DNA from: Pseudomonadota bacterium
GTDB taxonomy: Bacteria; Pseudomonadota; Alphaproteobacteria; Caulobacterales; Caulobacteraceae
Assembly: GCA_049323595.1 (NCBI GenBank)
Contig: JBMOOD010000001.1
Coordinates: forward strand, 104,530 to 168,529
Length of the DNA stretch: 64,000 bases
Direction: 5' to 3'
Part shown: one piece after another, positions 55,184 to 62,985 of the stretch
Position numbering within the stretch: the first letter of the stretch is position 1
Layout of the letters: each line of letters opens with the position of its first letter
The notes under the pieces: generated by a model
The model's input: only the letters and a program-made list of their open reading frames with translations
Told to the model about the DNA's origin: nothing
Database searches by the model: none
Position numbers and translations under genes: made by a program

Positions 55184-55582
55184 TCAGCGCCAGGCCTGGC
55201 CTGCCTTGATGATCCTCGGCGTCTGCACGAGACCTGCGACATCGCCATTGGCCGTGCGGCATGCGGCGACGCCGCCGTTGAGCGCCGGGTTGAAGCGGCA
55301 CGTGACATCCTGGCCGAAGCTGGCCGCCATCAGGGCGCCGCGCGCCCGATCCATATCTTCCGCGAGACTCGCGTCGGTGACCCGCAACTCGACCCAGTCC
55401 CGCGGATCGGGGCTCAGCGCCACGCAGATCCGCTCGCCATCGGGAACATGCAGGACGGGCCCACGGATCTCGGCGGTGTCGGCCGGGAGTTCGCCCCGGC
55501 AGACGCTGGCCTCAGCCGCGCCGGCGACGGCGAGCCCTGCGGCCAGGGCGACCGCGCATCCGATGTGCCTGAGCATCTGCAT
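55184..55582 (-). CDS. Secreted hypothetical protein, possibly a degenerate thermonuclease OB-fold
   Basis: Signal peptide; VLHVPDGERICV resembles the SNase V-x-DGDT strand. Confidence 0.6.
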   Translation of the reverse strand: MQMLRHIGCAVALAAGLAVAGAAEASVCRGELPADTAEIRGPVLHVPDGERICVALSPDPRDWVELRVTDASLAEDMDRARGALMAASFGQDVTCRFNPALNGGVAACRTANGDVAGLVQTPRIIKAGQAWR

Positions 55583-55671
55583 TCTTCCCACGCTAGCGAA
55601 GAGAACCCCCAGGGGGCATTCGGGTTCTCTCCCTACGTACGGATACGTAGGCGCGGGCCGCGCGGACGACC

Positions 55672-56211
55672 TCAGGACGCAAACAGGTCGGCCTGCGCCG
55701 CGGCCTTGGCGCCCTCGATCGCCAGCAGCTTGAGCTTGGTGTTCACCCCGCCGCGGGCCGAAAACCCGCCGGGCTTGCCGCCGGCCGCCGTCACGCGGTG
55801 GCAGGGCACGACGATCGGCCACGGGTTCTTCCCCAACGCCTGGCCCACGTCGCGGGCCAAAAGCTTGTCGCCCAGCTTCTCGGCGATCTCGCCATAGGTC
55901 AGGGTTTCGCCCGGCGGGATCGCGCGGGCGATCTCGTAGACGCGGGCATGGAACTCCGGCGTCCGCGACAGGTCGAGGGGCGCGGCCGACAGATCGGCCT
56001 TTTCGCCCAGCATGAGGGCCTGGATGCCCGCCACGGTCGGCCGGAGTCCTTCCGGGACCTCGGCCTCGCTCGCATCCGGGAAACGGCGCAGGAAGCTGCG
56101 CCGATTGTTCTCGGCGTCGCGCTCGGGCAGGTGGCAGGCGACGAGTCCGGCGTCGTTCCAGGCGATACCGGCCGTGCCGATGGCGGTGTCGAAGAGGGCG
56201 AATTGGGTCAT
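55672..56211 (-). CDS. ogt: Methylated-DNA-protein-cysteine methyltransferase
   Basis: IPPGETLTYG, NPWPIVVPCHRV, KLKLLAIEG. Confidence 0.94.
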   Translation of the reverse strand: MTQFALFDTAIGTAGIAWNDAGLVACHLPERDAENNRRSFLRRFPDASEAEVPEGLRPTVAGIQALMLGEKADLSAAPLDLSRTPEFHARVYEIARAIPPGETLTYGEIAEKLGDKLLARDVGQALGKNPWPIVVPCHRVTAAGGKPGGFSARGGVNTKLKLLAIEGAKAAAQADLFAS

Positions 56212-56281
56212 GCCGCCAAGATAGCGCCGGTCGCCCATTACCGCTGGCGGCTTTCGGACATCTACCGGAGCTGAAGCCCCG

Positions 56282-56740
56282 TCAGCTCGCCCCGGTCGAG
56301 CCGAACCCGCCCGCGCCGCGCGCGGTCTCGTCCAGGCTCGCGACCTCGGACCACCGCGCCTGCACGACGGGCGCGATCACCAGCTGGGCGATGCGGTCGC
56401 CGCGCCGGATCGTGAAGTCCTCTTCGCCCAGGTTCACCAGGATCACCTTCACCTCGCCGCGGTAGTCGGCGTCGACGGTGCCGGGCGTGTTCAGGCAGGT
56501 GATCCCGCTCTTCAGGGCGAGGCCCGAGCGCGGCCGCACCTGGGCCTCGAAGCCGGGCGGCAGGGCGAAGGCGAAGCCGGTCGGCACGGCGTGCCGCGAC
56601 CCCGGATGCAGCACGAACGGCTCCTCGTCGGGCACGGCGGCCCGCAGGTCCATCCCCGCCGCGAGGGCGGTCTCGTAGGCCGGCAGCGGCAGGTCCTCGG
56701 CGTGCGGCAGACGGGTGATCGGGACGACGGGGGCGGTCAC
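56282..56740 (-). CDS. dut: dUTP diphosphatase
   Basis: [30 protein letters not shown]. Confidence 0.97.
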   Translation of the reverse strand: MTAPVVPITRLPHAEDLPLPAYETALAAGMDLRAAVPDEEPFVLHPGSRHAVPTGFAFALPPGFEAQVRPRSGLALKSGITCLNTPGTVDADYRGEVKVILVNLGEEDFTIRRGDRIAQLVIAPVVQARWSEVASLDETARGAGGFGSTGAS

Positions 56741-56752
56741 GAGAACTCCCTC

Positions 56753-57946
56753 CTACGAGAACTCAGCGGCGATGCGGGCGGCGAGCCGGCGGGCGACCTC
56801 GCCCTTGGCCATGCGGTCCCATCGCTCGATTCCGCCCTTCGAGACTATGGCGACGGCGTTCTCGTCGCCGCCCATGGTTCCTTCGACGCTGACGTCGTTG
56901 GCCACGATCCAGTCGCAGCCCTTGCGGTCCAGCTTGGCCTTGGCGTGCGCCTCGACGTCGTTGGTCTCGGCCGCGAAGCCCACCACCAGCCGGGGACGCT
57001 TCGCCGCCTTCGACAGCGTCGCCAGGATGTCGGGGTTCTCCACCAGGCTGATCGTCGGCGGGCCGCCAGCGCCCTTCTTGATCTTCTGGCCGTTCAGGCT
57101 TTCGGGCCGCCAGTCGGCGACGGCGGCCACGCAGATGGCGATGTCCGCCGGCAGCGCCGCCTCGCAGGCGGCCAGCATCTCGCGCGCCGTCTCCACGTCC
57201 ACCCGGCGCACGCCGGTGGGGGCGGCCAGCGCCGTGGGCCCGCTCACCAGGGTCACCTCCGCGCCCAGCGCCGCCAGGGCCCCTGCGATCGCATAGCCCT
57301 GCTTGCCCGACGAGCGGTTGGTGATCAGGCGCACGGGGTCGATCGGCTCGGCGGTCGGTCCCGCTGTCACCACCGCCCGCTTGCCCGCCAGCGGCCGGGC
57401 CGCAACGCCCGCCAGCGCGGCCTGGATCGCCTCCAGGATCGCGGGCGGCTCAGCCATGCGCCCAGGTCCGTACTCGCCGCAGGCCATGGCGCCCTCGTCC
57501 GGCCCGACGAACAGGACGCCGTCCGCCTGGAGCTGCCTGAGGTTCCGTTGCGTGGCCGGGTGCTCCCACATGCGCACGTTCATGGCCGGCGCCATCAGCA
57601 CGGGCTTGTCGGTGGCCAGCAGGGTCGTCGACGCCAGGTCCCCGGCCAGACCGTTCGCCGCCTTGGCCATCAGGTCGGCCGTGGCGGGGGCGACCACCAC
57701 GAGGTCCGCCGATCGCGACAGCTCGATGTGGCCCATCTCGGCCTCGTCGGTCAGGTCGAACAGCTCGGAATAGACCCTGTCCTCGGCCAGGGCCGAGAGG
57801 CTGAGCGGCGTGACGAACTGGGCGCCGGCCCGGGTCAGGATCGGCCGCACGGCGATCCCTGCCTTCCGGGCGAGCCGGGTCAGCTCGAGCGCCTTGTAGG
57901 CCGCGATCCCGCCGCCGACGATGAGGAGGATCCGCTGTTCGCTCAC
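56753..57946 (-). CDS. coaBC: Bifunctional CoaBC (Dfp)
   Basis: GGIAAYK, APATAD, APAMN, EPIDPVR...NRSSGKQG, VGFAAET. Confidence 0.96.
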   Translation of the reverse strand: MSEQRILLIVGGGIAAYKALELTRLARKAGIAVRPILTRAGAQFVTPLSLSALAEDRVYSELFDLTDEAEMGHIELSRSADLVVVAPATADLMAKAANGLAGDLASTTLLATDKPVLMAPAMNVRMWEHPATQRNLRQLQADGVLFVGPDEGAMACGEYGPGRMAEPPAILEAIQAALAGVAARPLAGKRAVVTAGPTAEPIDPVRLITNRSSGKQGYAIAGALAALGAEVTLVSGPTALAAPTGVRRVDVETAREMLAACEAALPADIAICVAAVADWRPESLNGQKIKKGAGGPPTISLVENPDILATLSKAAKRPRLVVGFAAETNDVEAHAKAKLDRKGCDWIVANDVSVEGTMGGDENAVAIVSKGGIERWDRMAKGEVARRLAARIAAEFS

Positions 57947-58151
57947 GCCCGGCCGCCCTGACTGTTGCGGGCCACGATGTAGGCCATCGGAGGGGACTCG
58001 ACAAGGTGATTATCCCCTAGACGCATGTACGTCCTGACTCCACACCCCCAAAGCTTCCGGATTGCCTATCAGCTGAGTCGGGTTTCGCGTTTGTTCACAC
58101 AAGCCCACAAGACCTCTTGCGAATCCCCCTAGGGGGCGCTATCTGGCGAGC

Positions 58152-58688
58152 ATGACCGGAAGCGAGAGCGCCATTTTGACGCCCGACCAAGTCCGAGACC
58201 TCGTCTCGGAAGTGACGCGCGCGCGAGAGGAAAAGCGCAGGGCTGACGCCCGGCTCGAAGAGGCGGAGCGTCGGTTGAGCGCCCTAGAGGTGCTTATTGG
58301 AACGAGGCGCATCGAAGAGATCGTCGGGGCCACCAAGGCCGTGCCCGTGCCCACCCCTACCCACGCCGCGCTTAGGGGTGGCAACGCCTCGGCCGCGCAG
58401 GCGGCGAACCAGGGCGTTGAGGTTGCGTGGACGGACTGGATCGTTGAGCAGGTGACGGCCTTTGGCGGCCAGGCCACGTCTCAGATGCTTGTGGATGCCG
58501 CCCGCGCCGACCCGCGCGTCAGCGATCGGTTCAAGCGCACGCCGAACGGCTATTACAACGCCGTGTCCCGCGTCCTCGGGCGCGAGCAGATCAAGAAGGT
58601 TGGCCGGATTCTGGCGTTGCCGAATGTTGAAGTGTCGGAGCCCGGAAGCGGCGAGGCCTCCCCGAAGGGAGGCCCGCTATTCAACTAG
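58152..58688 (+). CDS. IS passenger protein: N-terminal coiled coil plus helical (wHTH-like) C-terminal domain
   Basis: 178-aa ORF inside the IRs; heptad-rich EVTRAREEKRRADARLEEAERRLSALE. Confidence 0.7.
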   Translation: MTGSESAILTPDQVRDLVSEVTRAREEKRRADARLEEAERRLSALEVLIGTRRIEEIVGATKAVPVPTPTHAALRGGNASAAQAANQGVEVAWTDWIVEQVTAFGGQATSQMLVDAARADPRVSDRFKRTPNGYYNAVSRVLGREQIKKVGRILALPNVEVSEPGSGEASPKGGPLFN

Positions 58689-58692
58689 ATAT

Positions 58693-58768
58693 GGGGACGG
58701 AGGGCCGGTGCCCAGGAACGATTTGCAGCGTCTCCCCCAGGGGTTCGACTCCCCCCGTCTCCACACCA
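58693..58768 (+). ncRNA. Non-canonical tRNA-Ala-like RNA carried by the IS
   Basis: Acceptor GGGGACG/CGTCTCC with G3.U70 and A73; D-arm GGGC-CGGT-GCCC; bulged stem with loop ATTTGCAG; T-arm GGGG-TTCGACT-CCCC; 3' tail ACACCA. Confidence 0.7.
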
Positions 58769-58978
58769 TTTCCCGTCTCGGAGGCCATTGCTTGGCGGCA
58801 ACCTCCGGGACATTCCAACAGGGGCCAAGGGCCCTGCTAGGAGCACCCCATGTGGCAAGCCGTCAGATTAGACTAGACGCCCTATGAGGCCAGCGCCGCG
58901 CCGGACTATGTTCGGCGCGGCGATTGGCGTAAGATAGAGACCGTGTGGAATCTGTCAATAGACTCAGAGGGTTAAACC

Positions 58979-59182
58979 GTGGCGACGCCGGAGCGCTTAA
59001 CCCTGAAAAAGGCGTTGAAATCCGGGCGGTTAGACGAGTTCATCGCCCAAGCTGAGCGCGAGGGCGTCGGCCCCGTTTCCGAGGCCGACTTTGACCGCGC
59101 CGTCCGCCGATTGGCTACACAGCGCCAATCAGCAGATCGAACATCGCGTTCTCCATCTGACGATGGTTCGAGCGGAACGTGA
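58979..59182 (+). CDS. IS-associated small protein, convergent with and overlapping the transposase 3' end
   Basis: GAGGG SD before GTG; 67 aa; 68-bp antisense overlap with tnp. Confidence 0.6.
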   Translation: MATPERLTLKKALKSGRLDEFIAQAEREGVGPVSEADFDRAVRRLATQRQSADRTSRSPSDDGSSGT

Positions 59183-59990
59183 ACTCGCCGAGATAGCGGT
59201 CCATGTACTTCGCCGAGACGTGAATGTGTGTCGACTTCACCGACCGCTTGAACAGGCTCCAGAAGCCCTCCAGCGTGTTCGTGTGGTGAGCCTTCCCGCC
59301 CTCGTAGCGAACCCACTCCTCTTGCGAGTGGTTCACCCGGCCGTGCTCGTAGCCGTACTTGGTCAGTAAGTTGTAGCCCGCGTGTTCGTCGGTCGAGATC
59401 GTGGCGCCCGGCTCCACGTTCTCCAGCACGAAGCCTTTGAGGGTGGTCATCTTCGCGTCGGGAACAACCTGGGTGACCTTGCGCCCGCCGCGCACGGCCA
59501 GACCGGCGACGACCGTCTTGTTGCTGTCAGTCGCTCGCCCGCGTTTACCGCCCTTGATCCGGCCGCCAACATACGTCTCGTCCGCCTCAAGGTGGCCCGC
59601 CAGCGCTTCGAAGCCGTCCGCGCGGGCCATGAGGATGCGGATTTGTTGGCCCATCCGCCACGCGGTCTTGTAGGTCACGCCAAGCTGGCGTTGCAGCTCC
59701 TTGCCGCTCACGCCGTGGCGCGTCGTGACGAACAGATAGATCGCGTAGAACCACAGCGTCAGCGGCGTGCGGGTGTCCTGAAAGACCGTCCCGGCGCACG
59801 GATAGACGTGATCGCCACAGTGAGCGCAGGCGTAGGCCGGACGGTTCGCCAGACGGTGGAACGTGGCGTCGACAACGCCGCACTTCCGGCACGTGTGACG
59901 CAGGCCGTACCGCACTTCCATCACGTGCTGGAGGCACGCGGCGTCATCGGGGAAGCGCTTGAAGAACTCTCTGACGGTGAACTTCGGCAT
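59115..59990 (-). CDS. IS1595-family DDE transposase
   Basis: Zn-ribbon CRKC...CAHC, HTH (GVSGKELQRQLGVTYKTAW), catalytic EADETY / STDE / NTLEGFW, YLGEF; intact frame. Confidence 0.95.
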   Translation of the reverse strand: MPKFTVREFFKRFPDDAACLQHVMEVRYGLRHTCRKCGVVDATFHRLANRPAYACAHCGDHVYPCAGTVFQDTRTPLTLWFYAIYLFVTTRHGVSGKELQRQLGVTYKTAWRMGQQIRILMARADGFEALAGHLEADETYVGGRIKGGKRGRATDSNKTVVAGLAVRGGRKVTQVVPDAKMTTLKGFVLENVEPGATISTDEHAGYNLLTKYGYEHGRVNHSQEEWVRYEGGKAHHTNTLEGFWSLFKRSVKSTHIHVSAKYMDRYLGEFTFRSNHRQMENAMFDLLIGAV

Positions 59991-60013
59991 CGGTCGGCCC
60001 TCTCTATGAGCCG

Positions 60014-60042
60014 ATAATGCCCTTTCGTTCTACTTGCGTCAA
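60014..60042 (-). promoter_or_regulatory. Transposase promoter with the -35 inside the IR
   Basis: Minus strand TTGACG (60042-60037)-N17-CATTAT (60019-60014). Confidence 0.65.
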
Positions 60043-60117
60043 GGGGATAGTCACCCTCGACAAACCGCCCAGGTTGTGTTCCTTCTTTGTTCCAAGCTCG
60101 ACCTTTGGAGACCAGGT

Positions 60118-60672
60118 ATGGCTGGAACGAGGATTTGGCTGATGGCGGCCGCGGCGGCCCTGGCCCTCAGCGCATGCGACAACGGCCCGTCGGCGGTCCA
60201 GCCGACCCAGGCGGCCGGGACCCAGATGGCCGAGGCGCCGGGGGCGACCCGACCTTCATCTGTGGACGGGTCCTCCCAGACGGATCACCGCGATGACCCG
60301 GTGAAGCTGGTGGATGGTCGGCCCATGTGGTCCGCCAGCCGCCGCTACTCGGCCGAGGAGAACGCCCAGCGCGCCTTCGACCGCAACGGCGAGGCCTTTG
60401 GCGCCGCCAGCGTCGATGACTTCGTGAGAAAGGCCCACGCCTTCGTGGAGAAGCCGCCGCAGGGCGCCCTGACGCTCACACGGCCCAACGGCGACACCCT
60501 GATCTACGACCCGAAGGCCAACATCTTCGCCGTCGCCAGCAAGGCCGGCGCGCCGCGCACCATGTTCAAGCCGGACGAGGGCATGGCCTACTGGGAGGAA
60601 CAGAAGGCGCGCGAAGCCCGCCGCCAGCAGGCCAGCAGCCGCCGCAGCCGCGAGGACGACGAGGAGGCCTAG
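60118..60672 (+). CDS. Lipoprotein with a CdiA/pyocin-like (tRNase-fold) C-terminal domain
   Basis: LALSAC lipobox; KPPQGALTLTRPNGDTLIYDP..NIFAV...GAPRTMFKPDEGMAYW. Confidence 0.75.
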   Translation: MAGTRIWLMAAAAALALSACDNGPSAVQPTQAAGTQMAEAPGATRPSSVDGSSQTDHRDDPVKLVDGRPMWSASRRYSAEENAQRAFDRNGEAFGAASVDDFVRKAHAFVEKPPQGALTLTRPNGDTLIYDPKANIFAVASKAGAPRTMFKPDEGMAYWEEQKAREARRQQASSRRSREDDEEA

Positions 60673-62162
60673 GCCAGCAGCTGACCCAGCCAGAAGGCGG
60701 CCAGGGCGGCGCCGACGCCAAGGGCGAACCAGAGGACGGGCGGGTGATCCCGGTCGACCTCGGCCTTCACCTCGACCGGCGGGTCGACGAGGCGGGCGAG
60801 ATTGCGGATCGCGGCCTCCGCTTCGCCGGCCAGCTGCCTGACCCGGCTGACCGGCGACAGCTCGCGGGCGATCCAGCGGCGGACCACGGGCTCGGAAGCG
60901 GCCCAGATGTCGTGTTCCGGGTCTATCCGCCGGGCCACGCCCTCGACGGTCATCATGGTCTTCTGCAGCAGCACAAGCTCGGGCCGAAGGCGCATGTCGA
61001 AGAGGGCGGTGATCTCGAAGAGCTGAGTCAACACCCGGCTCATGGCCACGGCGTTGGCGGCCCGTCCGAACACCGGCTCGCCCACCGCCCGGAGCGCCTG
61101 GGCGAAGGCCGCGACGCTGTGATGGGCCGGGACATAGCCGGCGTCAAAGTGCACCTGGGCCACCCGCTGGTAGTCGCGCTGCAGGAAGCCCCACAGGATC
61201 TCGGCGAGGTAGCGGCGCTCCACCACGCCCAGGCGGCCCATGATCCCGAAGTCCACCGCGCAGAGCCGGTCCGGCGCCGCGGCGAACAGGTTGCCCTCGT
61301 GCAGGTCCGCGTGGAACACCCCGTGGTCCAGCGCCTGCGCCAGGAAGGCCCGGGTCAGGTTGTCGGCCAGCGCCTTGCGGTCCAGCCCCGGCTGCTCCAG
61401 CGCCGCCGCATCGGACAGCGGCAGCCCCTCGGCCCAGGTCATGGTCAGCACCCGCTTGCCGACCCCGTCCCAGATCACCTTGGGCGCGGACATGTAGCCG
61501 TCCTTGGCCATGACCTCGGCCAGCTCGTCGGCGCCGGCCGCCTCCATCCGGAGATCCAGCTCGAGCTCGGTGGACCGGATCACCGTGGCCGAGAACTTGC
61601 GCGGCTCCAGCCTGCGCAGCGGGGGCGCCCAGCGCTCCAGCAGCCGCGCCGCCAATTCCAGCACCGCCGCGTCCGCCGCCACCCGCCGCTCGATCCCCGG
61701 GCGAAGCACCTTCACCGCCGCGGGCCGCCCGTCCAGAAGCTCGGCGCGATGCGCCTGGGCGAGCGATGCGGCCGCCACCGGCTCGCCGAAGCTGGCGAAC
61801 AGGGCCTCCACCGGCCGGCCAAGCTCCTGGGCCACCATCGCCCGGGCCTCCGCCGTCGGGAAGGGTGGCAGGCGGTCCTTCAAACGGCCCAGATCCTCGG
61901 CGAAGGTCCGCCCGAAGATGTCGCCGCGCGTCGAAAGCAGCTGCCCCAGCTTGACCGCCACGGGCCCCAGGCCCTCCAGCGACCGCGCCAGCCGCTCGCC
62001 GGGTCGCCCCGACCGCTCGCTCGCGAACAGCCGCAGGAAACGCGCCGCCGTCGCGACCGTCGGCGAGTACCAGGCTTCGAGCTCCCGCGGCAGCAGGGCG
62101 TCGTTGCGGACCAGCGTCCACCCGGCGCCGACCAGCCGCGCGAAAGCGCCCAAGGAGGCCAT
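60669..62162 (-). CDS. ubiB: UbiB (ABC1 kinase-like)
   Basis: [46 protein letters not shown]. Confidence 0.95.
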   Translation of the reverse strand: MASLGAFARLVGAGWTLVRNDALLPRELEAWYSPTVATAARFLRLFASERSGRPGERLARSLEGLGPVAVKLGQLLSTRGDIFGRTFAEDLGRLKDRLPPFPTAEARAMVAQELGRPVEALFASFGEPVAAASLAQAHRAELLDGRPAAVKVLRPGIERRVAADAAVLELAARLLERWAPPLRRLEPRKFSATVIRSTELELDLRMEAAGADELAEVMAKDGYMSAPKVIWDGVGKRVLTMTWAEGLPLSDAAALEQPGLDRKALADNLTRAFLAQALDHGVFHADLHEGNLFAAAPDRLCAVDFGIMGRLGVVERRYLAEILWGFLQRDYQRVAQVHFDAGYVPAHHSVAAFAQALRAVGEPVFGRAANAVAMSRVLTQLFEITALFDMRLRPELVLLQKTMMTVEGVARRIDPEHDIWAASEPVVRRWIARELSPVSRVRQLAGEAEAAIRNLARLVDPPVEVKAEVDRDHPPVLWFALGVGAALAAFWLGQLLA

Positions 62163-62166
62163 GCGT

Positions 62167-62925
62167 CTAGATCGCCCGCCCGGTGTGCAGCGCCGCGACG
62201 CCGCCGGAATAGTTCGTCCAGCCCACCTGGCCAAACCCTGCCTCGGCGATCATCGCCGCGAACCGCTTCTGGTCGGGAAAGCGTCGGATGCTCTCCACGA
62301 GGTACTGGTAGGACTCCCGGTCGTTCGCCACCCGCGCCCCGATCTCGGGGATCACCTTGAACGAATAGGCGTCGTAGGCGGCGCGCAGAGCCTCGGTCAC
62401 CGGACGCGAGAACTCAAGGCAGAGGAACCGCCCGCCCGGCTTCAGTACGCGACGAGCCTCCTTCAGCGCGGCCGGAATGTCCGTGACGTTGCGGATGCCG
62501 AAGCTGATCACATAGGCGTCCGCGACCCCGTCGGGCAGCGGCAGCCGCTGCGCATCGCCGACCGCCCAGCAGATCTCGGGCAGGCCACCGCGCTCGATGC
62601 CGGCGGCGATCATCTCGGCGTTGTAGTCGACGACGAACACCTGGGCGTCCGGACCGCCGCGACGCTCCTGCGCCCGCCGGGCCAGCTTGGCGAAACGGCG
62701 GGCCATGTCGCCCGTGCCGCCCGCGCAGTCGACGATCACCTCGCCGGGCTGGGGATTGAGCCGTGCGGCGACGGCGTCCTTCCAGAGCCGGTGCACACCC
62801 GCGCTCATCAGGTCGTTCATCAGGTCGTAGCGGCGCGCGACGCGATCGAAGACGCCGCGAACCAGCCCAGGCTTCTCCGAAGCGTCCACGTCGCGGAAGC
62901 CGAAGGTGGCGGAAGGTCCCGTCAT
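62167..62925 (-). CDS. ubiE: UbiE/MenG methyltransferase
   Basis: [47 protein letters not shown]. Confidence 0.96.
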   Translation of the reverse strand: MTGPSATFGFRDVDASEKPGLVRGVFDRVARRYDLMNDLMSAGVHRLWKDAVAARLNPQPGEVIVDCAGGTGDMARRFAKLARRAQERRGGPDAQVFVVDYNAEMIAAGIERGGLPEICWAVGDAQRLPLPDGVADAYVISFGIRNVTDIPAALKEARRVLKPGGRFLCLEFSRPVTEALRAAYDAYSFKVIPEIGARVANDRESYQYLVESIRRFPDQKRFAAMIAEAGFGQVGWTNYSGGVAALHTGRAI

Positions 62926-62985
62926 GCGGCTGCTCTTACAGGCCAACCCCTTGGCGCGCCAGCGACGGCGTGCCATCCCGGCGCC

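Larger units (their letters stand above)
58005..60055 (-). mobile_element. Complete IS1595-family element (ISNwi-type ends) with passenger cargo
   Basis: IRs ggtgattatcccctagacgcatgta (58005-58029) and tacttgcgtcaaggggatagtcacc (60031-60055), 22/25 identical; direct repeat CTCGACAA at 57997-58004 and 60056-60063; AT-richer than the flanks. Confidence 0.95.

Noticed and set aside
58693-58768. Reading the tRNA-like sequence as an att site or as the host ssrA/tRNA-Ala gene
   Set aside because: It lies inside IS boundaries defined by IRs and a TSD, no integrase is present, both acceptor strands are present in normal order (unlike the permuted alphaproteobacterial tmRNA), and the D and anticodon arms differ from canonical tRNA-Ala.
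58462-58887. 141-aa ORF spanning the tRNA-like region
   Set aside because: Overlaps the better-supported 178-aa ORF out of frame; low-complexity translation and no SD.
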